DNA of 64,000 bases from an uncultured Thermodesulfobacteriota bacterium. GTDB taxonomy: Bacteria; Desulfobacterota; B13-G15. The stretch covers positions 74,988-138,987 of the forward strand of contig CAZSWV010000002.1 of assembly GCA_964611295.1 (NCBI GenBank), read 5' to 3'. The notes below the pieces were generated by a model. It worked only from the letters and a program-made list of their open reading frames with translations. It made no database searches and had not been told where the DNA came from. A program made the position numbers and the translations under genes. How positions within the stretch are numbered: position 1 is the first letter of the stretch; each line of letters opens with the position of its first letter. Below, piece by piece: positions 17,498 to 28,050 of the stretch.

Positions 17498-19699
17498 ATG
17501 ATGAAAGGGCAAACCCGGAAAAGGTGGATAACGGATTGGTGGCCTCAAAGGTTAAACCTTAAGGTGTTGCGTCAAAACTGCATTTGTTCTAATCCTTTCG
17601 GTCCTGATTATGACTATGCAGAAGAATTTGAGAGCCTTGATCTGTCGAAAGTAAAGGAAGACCTTCGAGAGATTATGACTAAATCTCAAGATTGGTGGCC
17701 AGCAGATTTTGGTCATTACGGCCCATTATTTATACGTCTAGCGTGGCACAGTGCGGGTAGTTATAGGGTTTTTGATGGAAGAGGAGGTGCAAGAAGCGGT
17801 GATATAAGGTTCCCTCCGCGCATCAACTGGCCTGACAATATGAATCTCGACAAAGCTCTGAGGTTGTTATGGCCTATTAAACAAAAATATGGGAGAAAGT
17901 TGTCTTGGGCAGATTTGATCATCCTTGCAGGTAACGTAGCGTTAGAGTCAATGGGAGTGAAAACCATTGGATTTGCAGGAGGCAGAGAGGATATTTGGGA
18001 GCCTGACGAAAGTGCAGATTGGGGGCCTGAACAAGAAATGCTTTCGGGTAAGGAAAGGTTCAAAGAGGGAGAATTGGAAAGGCCGTTTGCTGCTACTGAA
18101 ATGGGTTTGATATACGTAAACCCAGAAGGCCCAGAGGGAAACCCAGATCCCATGGCCTCCGCCAAACAGATAAGGGAGGCTTTTTCGCGTATGGGTATGA
18201 ACGATGAAGAAACGGTAGCCCTTATAGCAGGTGGGCATGCCTTTGGTAAATGTCATGGTGCATGTGCGGATACATACGTTGGACCAGATCCAAGTTCTTC
18301 ACCTATTGAGGAGCAAGGTCTTGGATGGAAAAATACTTACAAAAGTGGAAAAGGTCCCGATACTTTTACCTCTGGATTTGAGCTAACATGGTCACCTACA
18401 CCTACAAAGTTCGGTTTAAATTACTTACATATATTGTTTAACTATGAATGGGAATTGACCAAAAGCCCTGCAGGAAAATACCAATGGGTTGCTAAGGACG
18501 CTCCAGCTATTATCCCTGATGCATATGACCCACAAAAAAAACATCCTCCTATGATGCTAACTGCTGATTTGGCTTTGCGTTTTGATCCAGTCTATGCTGA
18601 AATAGCAAAACGTTATCTCCATAATCCAAAACAGTTCGAGGAAGCTTTCGCTAAAGCGTGGTTTAAACTTACTCACCGTGATCTTGGCCCTAAAGAGTGT
18701 TATCTTGGTCCAGAAGTCCCCGAGGAGACCTTTTTATGGCAAGATCCGCTTTCTTTGCGTGATTACGAGCTTATAGACGAAGAAGACATAGAAGAGTTGA
18801 AAAAAGTCCTTTCTGAGTCAGGTTTGGGGATCTCGGAGATGGTGTACACTGCGTGGTCTGCTGCCTCTACCTATAGGAATTCGGATAGACGCGGAGGGGC
18901 AAACGGAGCCCGTATACGACTTCTTCCCCAAAGGCAATGGGAAGTAAACCATCCTGATGATCTTATACGCATACTTAAGGTCTATGGAACCATCCAGGAG
19001 AAGTTCAATTCTGAACAGAAAAAGCGGAATACTGGGAAGAAGGTGTCAATGGCCGACCTTATCGTATTAGCTGGCTGTGTAGCAGTAGAGCTGGCAGCCC
19101 AAAAAGCAGGTTTCAATATAAAAATACCCTTTGTGCCTGGTAGAGTAGATGCTGAACAAGAACACATCGATTTGAACTTTTGGTCGTTATTGGAGCCTTT
19201 CGCTTGCGGTTTTCGTAATTACATAAAAGATCCTTCAAAAATAAAAGCAGAAGAAGCCCTTATCGATAAAGCACAATTGTTAACACTTAAGGTAACCGAA
19301 CTTGTAGTGTTAATAGGTGGTCTTAGAGTTTTAGGGGCTACCTATAAATATTCGAATTATGGTGTATTCACCGAAAAAAGAGGAGTTCTTACAAATGACT
19401 TTTTTGTAAACCTTTTAGATATGTCTGTTACATGGGAAGCGCTTGACAAGTACCGTTACCTTTTTAAGGGTATTGATAGAAAAACAGGCAGTGCGAAGTG
19501 GTTAGCTACTCGAGTAGATTTAATTTTTGGACACCATGATGAATTAAGGGCAATATGCGAGGTTTATGCTTCATCAGATGGGAAAGAAAAATTTATAGAA
19601 GATTTTGTAAAAACATGGACCAAGGTGATGCATCTTGATAGGTTTGACTTATGGCGGAACAACAGGAAACTTTATAAACAGCTTGTAGCAGGCATCTAA
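17498..19699 (+). CDS. katG: Catalase-peroxidase
   Basis: The start is set at ATGATG after AGGAGG. Typical KatG N-terminus [11 protein letters not shown], two-domain length. Confidence 0.92.
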   Translation: MMKGQTRKRWITDWWPQRLNLKVLRQNCICSNPFGPDYDYAEEFESLDLSKVKEDLREIMTKSQDWWPADFGHYGPLFIRLAWHSAGSYRVFDGRGGARSGDIRFPPRINWPDNMNLDKALRLLWPIKQKYGRKLSWADLIILAGNVALESMGVKTIGFAGGREDIWEPDESADWGPEQEMLSGKERFKEGELERPFAATEMGLIYVNPEGPEGNPDPMASAKQIREAFSRMGMNDEETVALIAGGHAFGKCHGACADTYVGPDPSSSPIEEQGLGWKNTYKSGKGPDTFTSGFELTWSPTPTKFGLNYLHILFNYEWELTKSPAGKYQWVAKDAPAIIPDAYDPQKKHPPMMLTADLALRFDPVYAEIAKRYLHNPKQFEEAFAKAWFKLTHRDLGPKECYLGPEVPEETFLWQDPLSLRDYELIDEEDIEELKKVLSESGLGISEMVYTAWSAASTYRNSDRRGGANGARIRLLPQRQWEVNHPDDLIRILKVYGTIQEKFNSEQKKRNTGKKVSMADLIVLAGCVAVELAAQKAGFNIKIPFVPGRVDAEQEHIDLNFWSLLEPFACGFRNYIKDPSKIKAEEALIDKAQLLTLKVTELVVLIGGLRVLGATYKYSNYGVFTEKRGVLTNDFFVNLLDMSVTWEALDKYRYLFKGIDRKTGSAKWLATRVDLIFGHHDELRAICEVYASSDGKEKFIEDFVKTWTKVMHLDRFDLWRNNRKLYKQLVAGI

Positions 19700-21444
19700 C
19701 CATATAGTGGTTTTCGATAGTAATTAGTTATCGGCAAGCGCCATTCCCTGCCTAAGGAACGTAAAGTTATCTTAATCCCTGGTGGTGCTTGCCTTCTCTT
19801 GAATTCGTTGGTGGCAACCATTTCCATTACTTTTTCAACTGTTTCTATTTCGTACCCAGCAGCTACTATTTCTTCAAAAGAGGCCCCTTCCTCAACATAT
19901 AACCTAATAATAGGATCAAGGACTTCATATGGCGGTAAAGTATCTGTATCCTTTTGACCAGGCCTTAATTCTGCAGATGGTTCTTTTTCTAATATGCTTC
20001 GCGGTATTAAATCAAACCCGGCCTTGGAATTCCTCCATTTTGAAAGCTCGTAAACTAAACTTTTTGGTATATCCTTTATGACTGCTAGACCTCCTGACAA
20101 ATCTCCATAAAGTGTTGCATATCCACAGGCCAATTCACTTTTATTGCCTGTAGATAACACAAGCCATCCAAATTTGTTGGACAAGGCCATGAGGATAGTG
20201 CTTCTAATCCTAGCCTGGATGTTCTCTTCAGTGACGTCTATCTTTCTATCGACAAAATGGGGTTGAAGGACTTTGATATAAGTTTCAAAGATCGGCTCGA
20301 TGGATATTTCCTTTAACTCTATTCCCAAATTATGTACTAACTTCAAAACATCTCGTTTGCTTCTTTCAGAAGTAAATTGTGAGGGCATAAATACACCTAT
20401 CACATTCTCTTTACCAAGGGCGTCTACAGCTATTGAAGCGACTAAACTTGAGTCAATTCCTCCTGACAACCCTATTACTACCTTTCTGAACCCGTTTTTC
20501 CTCACATAATCCCTTGTACCAACGACAAGGGCCTCATACACTTCCTCTATTAGGGGTAAGGGGGGGGTGAGGGTATTTTGGGTTGAAGACCTCTTATGCA
20601 AAGGAGGGGTATCAGTGACTTTTAAGATCTTGGGGGCTCCTGTGAACACCCCATCGCATACTGTGGGGGGCTTACCACCTTTCAAAAAGAAAGAGGGTAA
20701 TTCCACTCTTGCTCTAAAGTCCTCCAAATCTGCCACCACCAAATCTTCGTGAAAAGCCTTAGCTCTGCATAATATTTCCCCTTTATGATTTACAATCACA
20801 CTTGATCCTTCAAACACCAATTCATCCTGACCACCTGCCGAATTGACAAAGACTAAAGGTAAGGAGTGTTCTTTAGCTAAAAAAGAAAGAAACCTTTCTC
20901 TCTGTTCTCTTTTACCTATGTAATAAGGAGAGGCATTTAAATTTATCAAAAGCTCAGTCCCCCAAAGTGATAAGGTAGTTATTGGCAGTAAAGGTAGGAA
21001 AATTTCCTGGCCAATGGTAATTGCTACTTTTTTCCCTTTTATAAAGAAAAGCATATAACTATTCCCTCGATCAAAATAGCGTTCTTCATCAAAAGTCTCA
21101 GAGTTTGTAATATGAATTTTTTTGTATATACCTTTTATTTCTCCTTTATAGATTACAGCTGCAGCATCATATATACCGTCTGAACAATCTACATATCCTA
21201 CTATCACAACCATTTCTTTGTCTGATGTAAAACTCACTAATTCTTGCAAGGCTAAAGAGTTGTCTCGTAAAAAGGAAGCATTAAACAAAAGGGCTTCTAA
21301 AGGGCAACCCGTAAGTGCAAGTTCGGGGAAACAGAGAAGGTCCACCTCCTTTTTTTCAGCTTCTTGGACAAAAAGCTTGATTTTCTCTAGGTTTCCTTTG
21401 AGATCGCCTACCGTAGGGTTGATTTGACCTATGCCTATCCTCAT
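19696..21444 (-). CDS. nadE: NAD+ synthetase with an N-terminal C-N hydrolase (glutaminase-type) domain
   Basis: Nitrilase-fold N-terminus with the Glu in FPELALTG. The C-terminal synthetase domain has SGGIDSS. Confidence 0.88.
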   Translation of the reverse strand: MRIGIGQINPTVGDLKGNLEKIKLFVQEAEKKEVDLLCFPELALTGCPLEALLFNASFLRDNSLALQELVSFTSDKEMVVIVGYVDCSDGIYDAAAVIYKGEIKGIYKKIHITNSETFDEERYFDRGNSYMLFFIKGKKVAITIGQEIFLPLLPITTLSLWGTELLINLNASPYYIGKREQRERFLSFLAKEHSLPLVFVNSAGGQDELVFEGSSVIVNHKGEILCRAKAFHEDLVVADLEDFRARVELPSFFLKGGKPPTVCDGVFTGAPKILKVTDTPPLHKRSSTQNTLTPPLPLIEEVYEALVVGTRDYVRKNGFRKVVIGLSGGIDSSLVASIAVDALGKENVIGVFMPSQFTSERSKRDVLKLVHNLGIELKEISIEPIFETYIKVLQPHFVDRKIDVTEENIQARIRSTILMALSNKFGWLVLSTGNKSELACGYATLYGDLSGGLAVIKDIPKSLVYELSKWRNSKAGFDLIPRSILEKEPSAELRPGQKDTDTLPPYEVLDPIIRLYVEEGASFEEIVAAGYEIETVEKVMEMVATNEFKRRQAPPGIKITLRSLGREWRLPITNYYRKPLYG

Positions 21445-21591
21445 AGGTTACCTCCTTTTTCCTTGCAACAAAAGATTATAAATCCCTCCCCTTTTTCTTG
21501 TCTATTTTGAAAAACAGTTTAAGGTCTTATCGTCATCGTTCTCCTTTTGGCATTATAATAATGAGTGGAAAGTCAAAAAGGAGGGTGTGCT

Positions 21592-22158
21592 ATGAAAGAA
21601 GCACAAAACCTTCGTGAGGGGGAAGTGATAATCCTAAACGGTGAATTATATAAAGTGGTAGGGCTTTCCCGCCATGCGGGAAAGGCTCAGTTTTCTGGTA
21701 TTATAAAGGCAACTCTTAGGCACATGAAATCGGGAAAAGTAAGCGAATTCAGGTGGACACCTGAAGAAAAGGTGGAGGACGTACAACTAGAGAGGAAAGA
21801 GATGGAATTTCTATATCAGGATAAAGATGAAGTTGTGTTAATGGATCCAGAAACATATGATCAAGTTAGCCTTCCTAGATCATCTGTTGAAAATTATCTT
21901 CCTTTCCTGAAAGAAGGTACAAAGGTAAAGGTAGAACTTTACAATGGGGTTCCCATAGGGATAGATTTTCCAAGGATGGTTCAACTACGAGTAGAATCTA
22001 CAGGAAGTGGAATAAAGGGACAAATGGATAATACATGGAAAGAAGCAACCTTAGAAAACGGATTGGTAATCCTTGTTCCTCAGTTTATCGAAACAGGGGA
22101 CCTCATCATCGTGGACGTTGAAACTAAACGATACGTAGATAGGGCTAAGAAGCTATAA
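21592..22158 (+). CDS. efp: Elongation factor P
   Basis: The start is set at MKEAQ after GGAGG. Three-domain EF-P with a Lys-type loop HAGKAQ. Confidence 0.9.
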   Translation: MKEAQNLREGEVIILNGELYKVVGLSRHAGKAQFSGIIKATLRHMKSGKVSEFRWTPEEKVEDVQLERKEMEFLYQDKDEVVLMDPETYDQVSLPRSSVENYLPFLKEGTKVKVELYNGVPIGIDFPRMVQLRVESTGSGIKGQMDNTWKEATLENGLVILVPQFIETGDLIIVDVETKRYVDRAKKL

Positions 22159-22159
22159 G

Positions 22160-22894
22160 ATGGATTATTTAGAAGAAGCCCGCAATCGACTTCTCAAGCT
22201 ACTGAGCGGAAAGATCGATATGGACCTTCCTGTAACGGTGAGTCCCCTTCCGATTAATGAAGCCATAGGTGAACCTCATATAGAGGACCTGCCACTCCTC
22301 AAGGGCAAAGAAAGGCTTTTGGAGGCTAAAATCAAAGACGCCAAAGGACAGGCCTTCACCGATTCCCCCAAATCCTTTAAAGGTAGTTTAAAAGAGGCAT
22401 TTTCTTTGGACATTGCTAAATGCGAAAATCGCGCAATTTTCGTTGCTACACTTAATGCTGTATTGAGATATTTAGGATTTATATCCAAAAGCATACATTG
22501 CAAAGATAATGCGCCATTAAGATGTGCTTTTGAAATTCTAAATTTAGTGAAACCATTTAGAAAAATTGGAATAATTGGATTCCATCCTGCAATTGCTCAA
22601 GTTCTTGCGTCAAACGTTGGTGTAGATAATATAATGATAACAGATCTTGATAAAGAAAACATAGGAAAAGTAAAGTTTGGAATTGAAATTTTGGATGGAG
22701 AGCGATATACAGATAAGTTGATATCAGAAGCACAAATTGTATTGCTAACAGGTACAACTTTTATTAATGGGACTTTTAGTTATATTTTTGAAAAGATATC
22801 TATGACTCAAAAACCATATTATGTTTACGGAATAACAGCATCAGGAATATGCCGTTTATTGTCGCTTAATCACGTGTGTCCTTATGGCTATTAA
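22160..22894 (+). CDS. Uncharacterised Rossmann-fold protein (DUF364/DUF4213-like, putative metal-chelation domain)
   Basis: 244-aa ORF beginning 2 nt after the efp stop. C-terminal Rossmann-like motif KIGIIGFHP. Confidence 0.5.
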   Translation: MDYLEEARNRLLKLLSGKIDMDLPVTVSPLPINEAIGEPHIEDLPLLKGKERLLEAKIKDAKGQAFTDSPKSFKGSLKEAFSLDIAKCENRAIFVATLNAVLRYLGFISKSIHCKDNAPLRCAFEILNLVKPFRKIGIIGFHPAIAQVLASNVGVDNIMITDLDKENIGKVKFGIEILDGERYTDKLISEAQIVLLTGTTFINGTFSYIFEKISMTQKPYYVYGITASGICRLLSLNHVCPYGY

Positions 22895-22915
22895 GTTAAT
22901 AATAAGGGGAGGAAA

Positions 22916-23125
22916 ATGTACGATGTAAGATATTTAAAAACGGTCATCCAGCATTGGATTAGGCATAACGAAAGCCATCTCGAGGAGTATAGGAAATGGA
23001 AGGAGATAGCCTTTTCCTTAGGGTATCCCGAAGTCAGTGAAAGGTTAAATTCATCTTTAAAACTCATTTCTGAGATAAACGCTCTGTTAGAAGAGGCCCT
23101 TAATAAGCTCCCCTCAGACATTTGA
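22916..23125 (+). CDS. Small hypothetical protein of 69 aa
   Basis: A strong GGGGAGG ribosome-binding site 6 nt before the ATG. Predicted helical. Confidence 0.45.
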   Translation: MYDVRYLKTVIQHWIRHNESHLEEYRKWKEIAFSLGYPEVSERLNSSLKLISEINALLEEALNKLPSDI

Positions 23126-23203
23126 GGCTTGTAATAGTCCTATGAATTTGGTTTATTTTTTAGACAAAATTCTCAGATACAAAGTTGGAAGGGGGTAGAT
23201 GGG

Positions 23204-24403
23204 ATGAAAGACTTAAACGCCATAGAAGAAAGGAACAAACTGCTGAGGGAATCCGTCAGACAAATTGCTAGAACTAAAGTAGCAAAAAGAGCAGCAGAAA
23301 TCGATCGGGCTGGAGTTTTTCCATGGGATATAGCAGAACTTTTTGCACAACAGGGGTATTTAAGCATCCTCTTCCCCGAAGAATATGGAGGATTTGATGG
23401 TAGCATTACAGCTCTTTGCATAGTAGCTGAAGAAATAGCATACGCATGTGCCTCAAGTTCATTAATGATTGTTGCTCACTCCGTAGGCTTAATACCATTG
23501 ATGATATCGGGTACAAAAGAACAAAAAGAGTATTTTTACAGTCGTGTAGCTAAAGAAGGAGCTTTAGTAGCGTTTGCCTTAACAGAACCAGAAGCTGGCT
23601 CAGATGCCTCAGCTTTAAAAACCACTGCAATTCGCAAGGGAGATTATTACGTGGTAAACGGGAGAAAGACATTTGTAACTAATGGAGGAGTAGCTGATAT
23701 TTATACTGTTTTTGTAACAACAGATCCATCAAAGGGGAAGAAAGGGATTGCAGTTCTAATGATTGAAAAAGATACAAAAGGAATGTATATAGGTAAACCT
23801 GAAGACAAAATGGGAATGAGAGGCTCCGATACAACTGATCTTATTTTTGAAGATGCTATAGTACCTGCAGAAAACCTCATCGGAGGTGAGGGCAACGGTT
23901 GGGAAATTGCAATGATGACATTGAATTTATCGCGTCCCTCTGTTGGAGCATTAGCTATAGGAATAGCCCAAGGAGCTTTGGACTGTGCACTTGAGTATAC
24001 CACTCAACGGGTTCAATTTGGACAAAAGCTAGCAGATTTTCAAGGAGTGCAATTTATGTTAGCTGATATGGCGATGAAAATTGAAGCAGCGCGTGCTTTA
24101 GTATACAAAGCAGCTGCTTTATTAGATGAAAAAGTTTACGAAAGAGACAAAATGTCAGCCTTAGGTGTGGATACTTTGTCTGCAATGGCAAAATGTTTTG
24201 CTTCAGATGTGGCAATGCAAGTTACTACAGATGCCGTACAACTATTAGGTGGGTATGGATATTTAAAAGATTACCCAGTAGAAAGAATGATGCGTGATGC
24301 TAAGGTAACTCAAATTTTTGAAGGAACTAACCAAATTCAGAGAATAATAATAGCTCGCAATCTTTTAAAGCCATTTTGGAAAAAAGAACTGAGAAAGGAT
24401 TAA
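23204..24403 (+). CDS. Acyl-CoA dehydrogenase
   Basis: ACAD fold across the whole length, with the C-terminal catalytic-region motif IFEGTNQIQR. Confidence 0.88.
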   Translation: MKDLNAIEERNKLLRESVRQIARTKVAKRAAEIDRAGVFPWDIAELFAQQGYLSILFPEEYGGFDGSITALCIVAEEIAYACASSSLMIVAHSVGLIPLMISGTKEQKEYFYSRVAKEGALVAFALTEPEAGSDASALKTTAIRKGDYYVVNGRKTFVTNGGVADIYTVFVTTDPSKGKKGIAVLMIEKDTKGMYIGKPEDKMGMRGSDTTDLIFEDAIVPAENLIGGEGNGWEIAMMTLNLSRPSVGALAIGIAQGALDCALEYTTQRVQFGQKLADFQGVQFMLADMAMKIEAARALVYKAAALLDEKVYERDKMSALGVDTLSAMAKCFASDVAMQVTTDAVQLLGGYGYLKDYPVERMMRDAKVTQIFEGTNQIQRIIIARNLLKPFWKKELRKD

Positions 24404-26823
24404 ATAGTACAGTTTTTTTTATCTTAAAGGATTTTTATTTTAAGTCCCCTTTTTCCCCTCTCTGTGCTTCTTTGGTAACAGGGATGTTGCTAGCAAATTG
24501 CGAATGGTTGTTTTTTTGTGTCTCCGCATTTATTTCTCTTCTTGGACTTTTTTGCATCAGTAAAAAGGTTGGAGCTAAAGCATGTTTTCTTGCCTTGATT
24601 TTTGCAGCTTTAGGTTATTGGAACGCATCGAAAATATTGAATCCTAAACTAGGTAAGGATCATATTTCTCAGTTATCATTAGAAGAAATAACAAAAGTAG
24701 AAGGTTATACTTTTAAACCTTCTGATTTAAGTATGCAAAGAACAACGATATATTTAGAGGTAAAAAGAGCTTTTGTAAATAACAAATGGATAAAAGTAAA
24801 AGGAAGATTAAAGTTAAATTACAGAGGGAAATTACAGTTAAATCAAGGAGCATTTATAAGAGTAAAAGTAAAATTGAGAAAACCTACTGGGTATTTTAAT
24901 CCTGGTTCTTTTCAATATCATAAATATCTCCAAAGACAGGGGATATTAGTAATCGGCAGTGCTTTAAGTCCTCCAGAAATTCTGAATACTTCCAAAAGTA
25001 CCTTGACGTTAATAAGGGAACACTATTTATATGCTTTATCATTCGCTTCACCAAAAACGAGGGGAATCCTTAAGGCGCTTATATTAGGACAACGTGATGA
25101 AATCCTGCAAGATGTAAGAGAGTTGTTTCAAATAACAGGAGTGTCGCATATATTAGCTGTCTCAGGAATTCACGTTAGCGTTTTGTTTCTCTTTTCTACG
25201 TATTTTGTGAAAATTATATTAAAATGGCTCCATATAAACATAAGTAAAAACATCCTTACATTCTTATCTTTACCTTTAGTATGGGGATATATATACCTTG
25301 TAGGCGGTCCCCCTTCAGCCCTTAGAGCAGGCTTAATGTTTACAACAACAGTTTTCTTGGTCTCATTTTATCGTCCTTTCTCAGCGGTTAACAATTTATT
25401 TATTGCAGCATTTTTTATACTTTTAATAAATCCCTCTAGTTTATGGACTCCATCTTTTCAGCTATCTTTTGCTGCAACATCTGGTATTTTACTATTAGCT
25501 CCCAGAGTTTCTACTTTTATAGATAAGCTTTTTATCGATTATGGTACTTCTTACGAAAAAAAGAAAATTTCAGTCAGAAAAACAATTAAATGGTTTTTTT
25601 CTATTATTTACATTTCAGTTATAGCTCAGATTTTCACAGTGCCTATTTTAATTGCTCATTTTAACCATGTTTCTCTTATCGGTCCAATAGCAAATCTGGT
25701 TGTCGTCCCTATTATGAGCGTTTTAATTTTGCCAATGTCTTTTATAGCAGCTGTTTTTTCTTTATTTTCAATTTATTTCGCTAAAACTTTAATACAAATA
25801 TCTTCTTTAACACTAGAAATTGTTTTAAATATATTAAAAATATTTGCGGAAATTTCTTATTTAAATTTATGGGTTTTTAGTTTTAATAATATAGAATATT
25901 TATGTTTTTATTTTACTTTGATCCTTTTACTTATCTTTTTTAGATCTAAAAATCTCTTTTGGCCTTTTATTATTGTCATAAGTCTATTATGGGGACTTTA
26001 TGTCTTTTCACAATCAGAGAAAAGTAAGGAACTAGGTGACTTTAAGCTAACTTTTTTGGATGTAGGACATGGAGATTCCATCTTTGTACAGTTACCATTA
26101 GGGAGCACCATGTTGATCGACGGAGGGACTGCAGTAAATGATTTTGACACAGGAAGAAATATTGTAGCTCCATTCTTGTGGTCACAAAGGGTTTTAAAAG
26201 TTGATTATGTAGTTTTAAGCCATGCCGAGCCAGATCATTATGGAGGATTGCTTTTCATACTGAAAAACTTCAAACCAAAGGAATTTTGGTATGCGGGTGA
26301 GTCATTACCAGATGAATTGGTAAAAGTTTTAAATGACTTAAAAAAACAAGGGCTAGTGATAAGGAAATTAAAAAGAGGGGATACAATGCGAGTATCTGGT
26401 GTTGACATTTTTGTGCTTCACCCTCCAGAAAATTGGTCATCAGATCCCAATGATAGTTCTTTAGTTTTGAAAATAGAAAAAGCCAATAGATCCATACTCT
26501 TTACAGGGGATATCAGCAAAAAAGTGGAAATAGAGCTCTTAAAATCAATTAGCGAACTAAAAGCAGAAGTGATAAAGGTTCCCCATCACGGTTCTAAATA
26601 TTCCTCATCCTATTCTTTTTGCCAAGCAGTAAGTCCTAAAATTGCAATCTTTTCAGTAGGGAAGAATAACCCGTACGGTCATCCTTCTGAAAAAATCATA
26701 CAACGCTATAAAGGCATTGGAGCAATAATTTTACGTACAGATACTTGTGGAGCAATAACACTAACTGCAGATGATTACGGTTGGAGAATTTCTACTTATT
26801 TAAAATGTAATCTTTACCCTTAA
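24376..26823 (+). CDS. comEC: DNA internalisation competence protein ComEC/Rec2 with a C-terminal metallo-beta-lactamase domain
   Basis: Polytopic competence domain, then HAEPDHYGG. The true start is probably the internal M at about 24484, because the called start overlaps the acd stop. Confidence 0.8.
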   Translation: MEKRTEKGLNSTVFFILKDFYFKSPFSPLCASLVTGMLLANCEWLFFCVSAFISLLGLFCISKKVGAKACFLALIFAALGYWNASKILNPKLGKDHISQLSLEEITKVEGYTFKPSDLSMQRTTIYLEVKRAFVNNKWIKVKGRLKLNYRGKLQLNQGAFIRVKVKLRKPTGYFNPGSFQYHKYLQRQGILVIGSALSPPEILNTSKSTLTLIREHYLYALSFASPKTRGILKALILGQRDEILQDVRELFQITGVSHILAVSGIHVSVLFLFSTYFVKIILKWLHINISKNILTFLSLPLVWGYIYLVGGPPSALRAGLMFTTTVFLVSFYRPFSAVNNLFIAAFFILLINPSSLWTPSFQLSFAATSGILLLAPRVSTFIDKLFIDYGTSYEKKKISVRKTIKWFFSIIYISVIAQIFTVPILIAHFNHVSLIGPIANLVVVPIMSVLILPMSFIAAVFSLFSIYFAKTLIQISSLTLEIVLNILKIFAEISYLNLWVFSFNNIEYLCFYFTLILLLIFFRSKNLFWPFIIVISLLWGLYVFSQSEKSKELGDFKLTFLDVGHGDSIFVQLPLGSTMLIDGGTAVNDFDTGRNIVAPFLWSQRVLKVDYVVLSHAEPDHYGGLLFILKNFKPKEFWYAGESLPDELVKVLNDLKKQGLVIRKLKRGDTMRVSGVDIFVLHPPENWSSDPNDSSLVLKIEKANRSILFTGDISKKVEIELLKSISELKAEVIKVPHHGSKYSSSYSFCQAVSPKIAIFSVGKNNPYGHPSEKIIQRYKGIGAIILRTDTCGAITLTADDYGWRISTYLKCNLYP

Positions 26824-27247
26824 ATCTTATTACAAAGTTTTCACCGATTTGAAAAGCATATTGTCCTAGTTGGTAAAAGGCAAGACGTGAAATCTTTGCG
26901 GGAAATTTCCTATCTTTAACTTTACAATAAGGTATCCCCTTGGAACTTAAATAAAATGTGTCTAAGTCAAGTATTTCTTCTGTTCCATCATTAAGGTGTA
27001 TTTTAAAAACGTCATCTTTTTTTTCGATCCATTTAACGATAAAAACGGTGTCTTCTACTTCAACAGGTTCTTTATACCCCTCCCACTCAATCCAATAATT
27101 ACCTTTATCATCTGTTCTTAAGTTGTTTAAAAATTCTTTTATGATATCCTTTCTAATTATTTCCTGATCGCAATAATACCAGCGGCCTTCGCTATCTACT
27201 CGAATTAAAGCCTTATCCTTCATCACCGAGCCTTTTTGATTTTTCAT
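26792..27247 (-). CDS. Hypothetical protein, about 143-151 aa
   Basis: ORF tightly coupled to proC. I recognise no family. Confidence 0.45.
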   Translation of the reverse strand: MKNQKGSVMKDKALIRVDSEGRWYYCDQEIIRKDIIKEFLNNLRTDDKGNYWIEWEGYKEPVEVEDTVFIVKWIEKKDDVFKIHLNDGTEEILDLDTFYLSSKGIPYCKVKDRKFPAKISRLAFYQLGQYAFQIGENFVIRFKGKDYILNK

Positions 27248-28007
27248 ATGCTGCGTAGATGGCTTCCATTATGGCTGCCCTTACTCCCCAGCGTTCCAAA
27301 ACAAACATCCCTTCCGCTGTAGTCCCTGCCGGGGAAGTAACCTCTTCCCTAAGAATAGCAGGATGTTTACCAAGTAACACCATTTTAGCAGTCCCCATTA
27401 CCGTTTGAGCCGACAATATCAGGGCGTCCTCTCTTTTTAATCCCAACCTAACCCCTGCTTCGACCATAGCTTCTATAAAGAGAGACACATATGCAGGACC
27501 ACTACCACTTAAGCCAGTTATCGCATCCATTTTGTTTTCTTCTACGATAATCACCTTCCCCATGGTACTAAGCAAAGAAACTACTTGATTGATATCTTCT
27601 TCTGATGCCTCCGTTCCTTTGCATACTGCAATCGCTCCTTCATTTACCAAAAGCGGGAGATTTGGCATTACACGTATAACCTTTGCATTTTTCTTCAGTA
27701 CTGAAATAATCTTCGATATCTTCAAACCTGCTATAACTGATACAATAATTTTTTTCTCTGTAATAAAGGGGCTTATTTCTTCAAGAACATCAATAGCTTC
27801 TTGAGGTTTAACAGCAATCCACACTATATCAGCTTTTTTCGCAATATGGGAATTGTTTTCATAAACCGATATACCGAGTTCTTCAGCTAAACGACACCGC
27901 TCTTTAGACTTATCTGATGCTATTATTTCCTCTTTTTTTAAGCTTCTTAAGAAACTATTAATAAGTGCTAACCCTATTTTCCCTATCCCAATAACACCTA
28001 CCACCAT
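27213..28007 (-). CDS. proC: Pyrroline-5-carboxylate reductase
   Basis: N-terminal motif VGVIGIGKIG and ProC-like length and C-terminus. Confidence 0.85.
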   Translation of the reverse strand: MVVGVIGIGKIGLALINSFLRSLKKEEIIASDKSKERCRLAEELGISVYENNSHIAKKADIVWIAVKPQEAIDVLEEISPFITEKKIIVSVIAGLKISKIISVLKKNAKVIRVMPNLPLLVNEGAIAVCKGTEASEEDINQVVSLLSTMGKVIIVEENKMDAITGLSGSGPAYVSLFIEAMVEAGVRLGLKREDALILSAQTVMGTAKMVLLGKHPAILREEVTSPAGTTAEGMFVLERWGVRAAIMEAIYAAYEKSKRLGDEG

Positions 28008-28050
28008 GGAGTTTTTATAATACTTAGTTATTGATAAATTGTCAATGCAA

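Noticed and set aside
20550-20580. A G-rich run (gggggggtgagggtattttggg) that might look like a repeat or G-quadruplex.
   Set aside because: It is ordinary coding sequence inside nadE, it is not repeated elsewhere, and it is too short to be significant.
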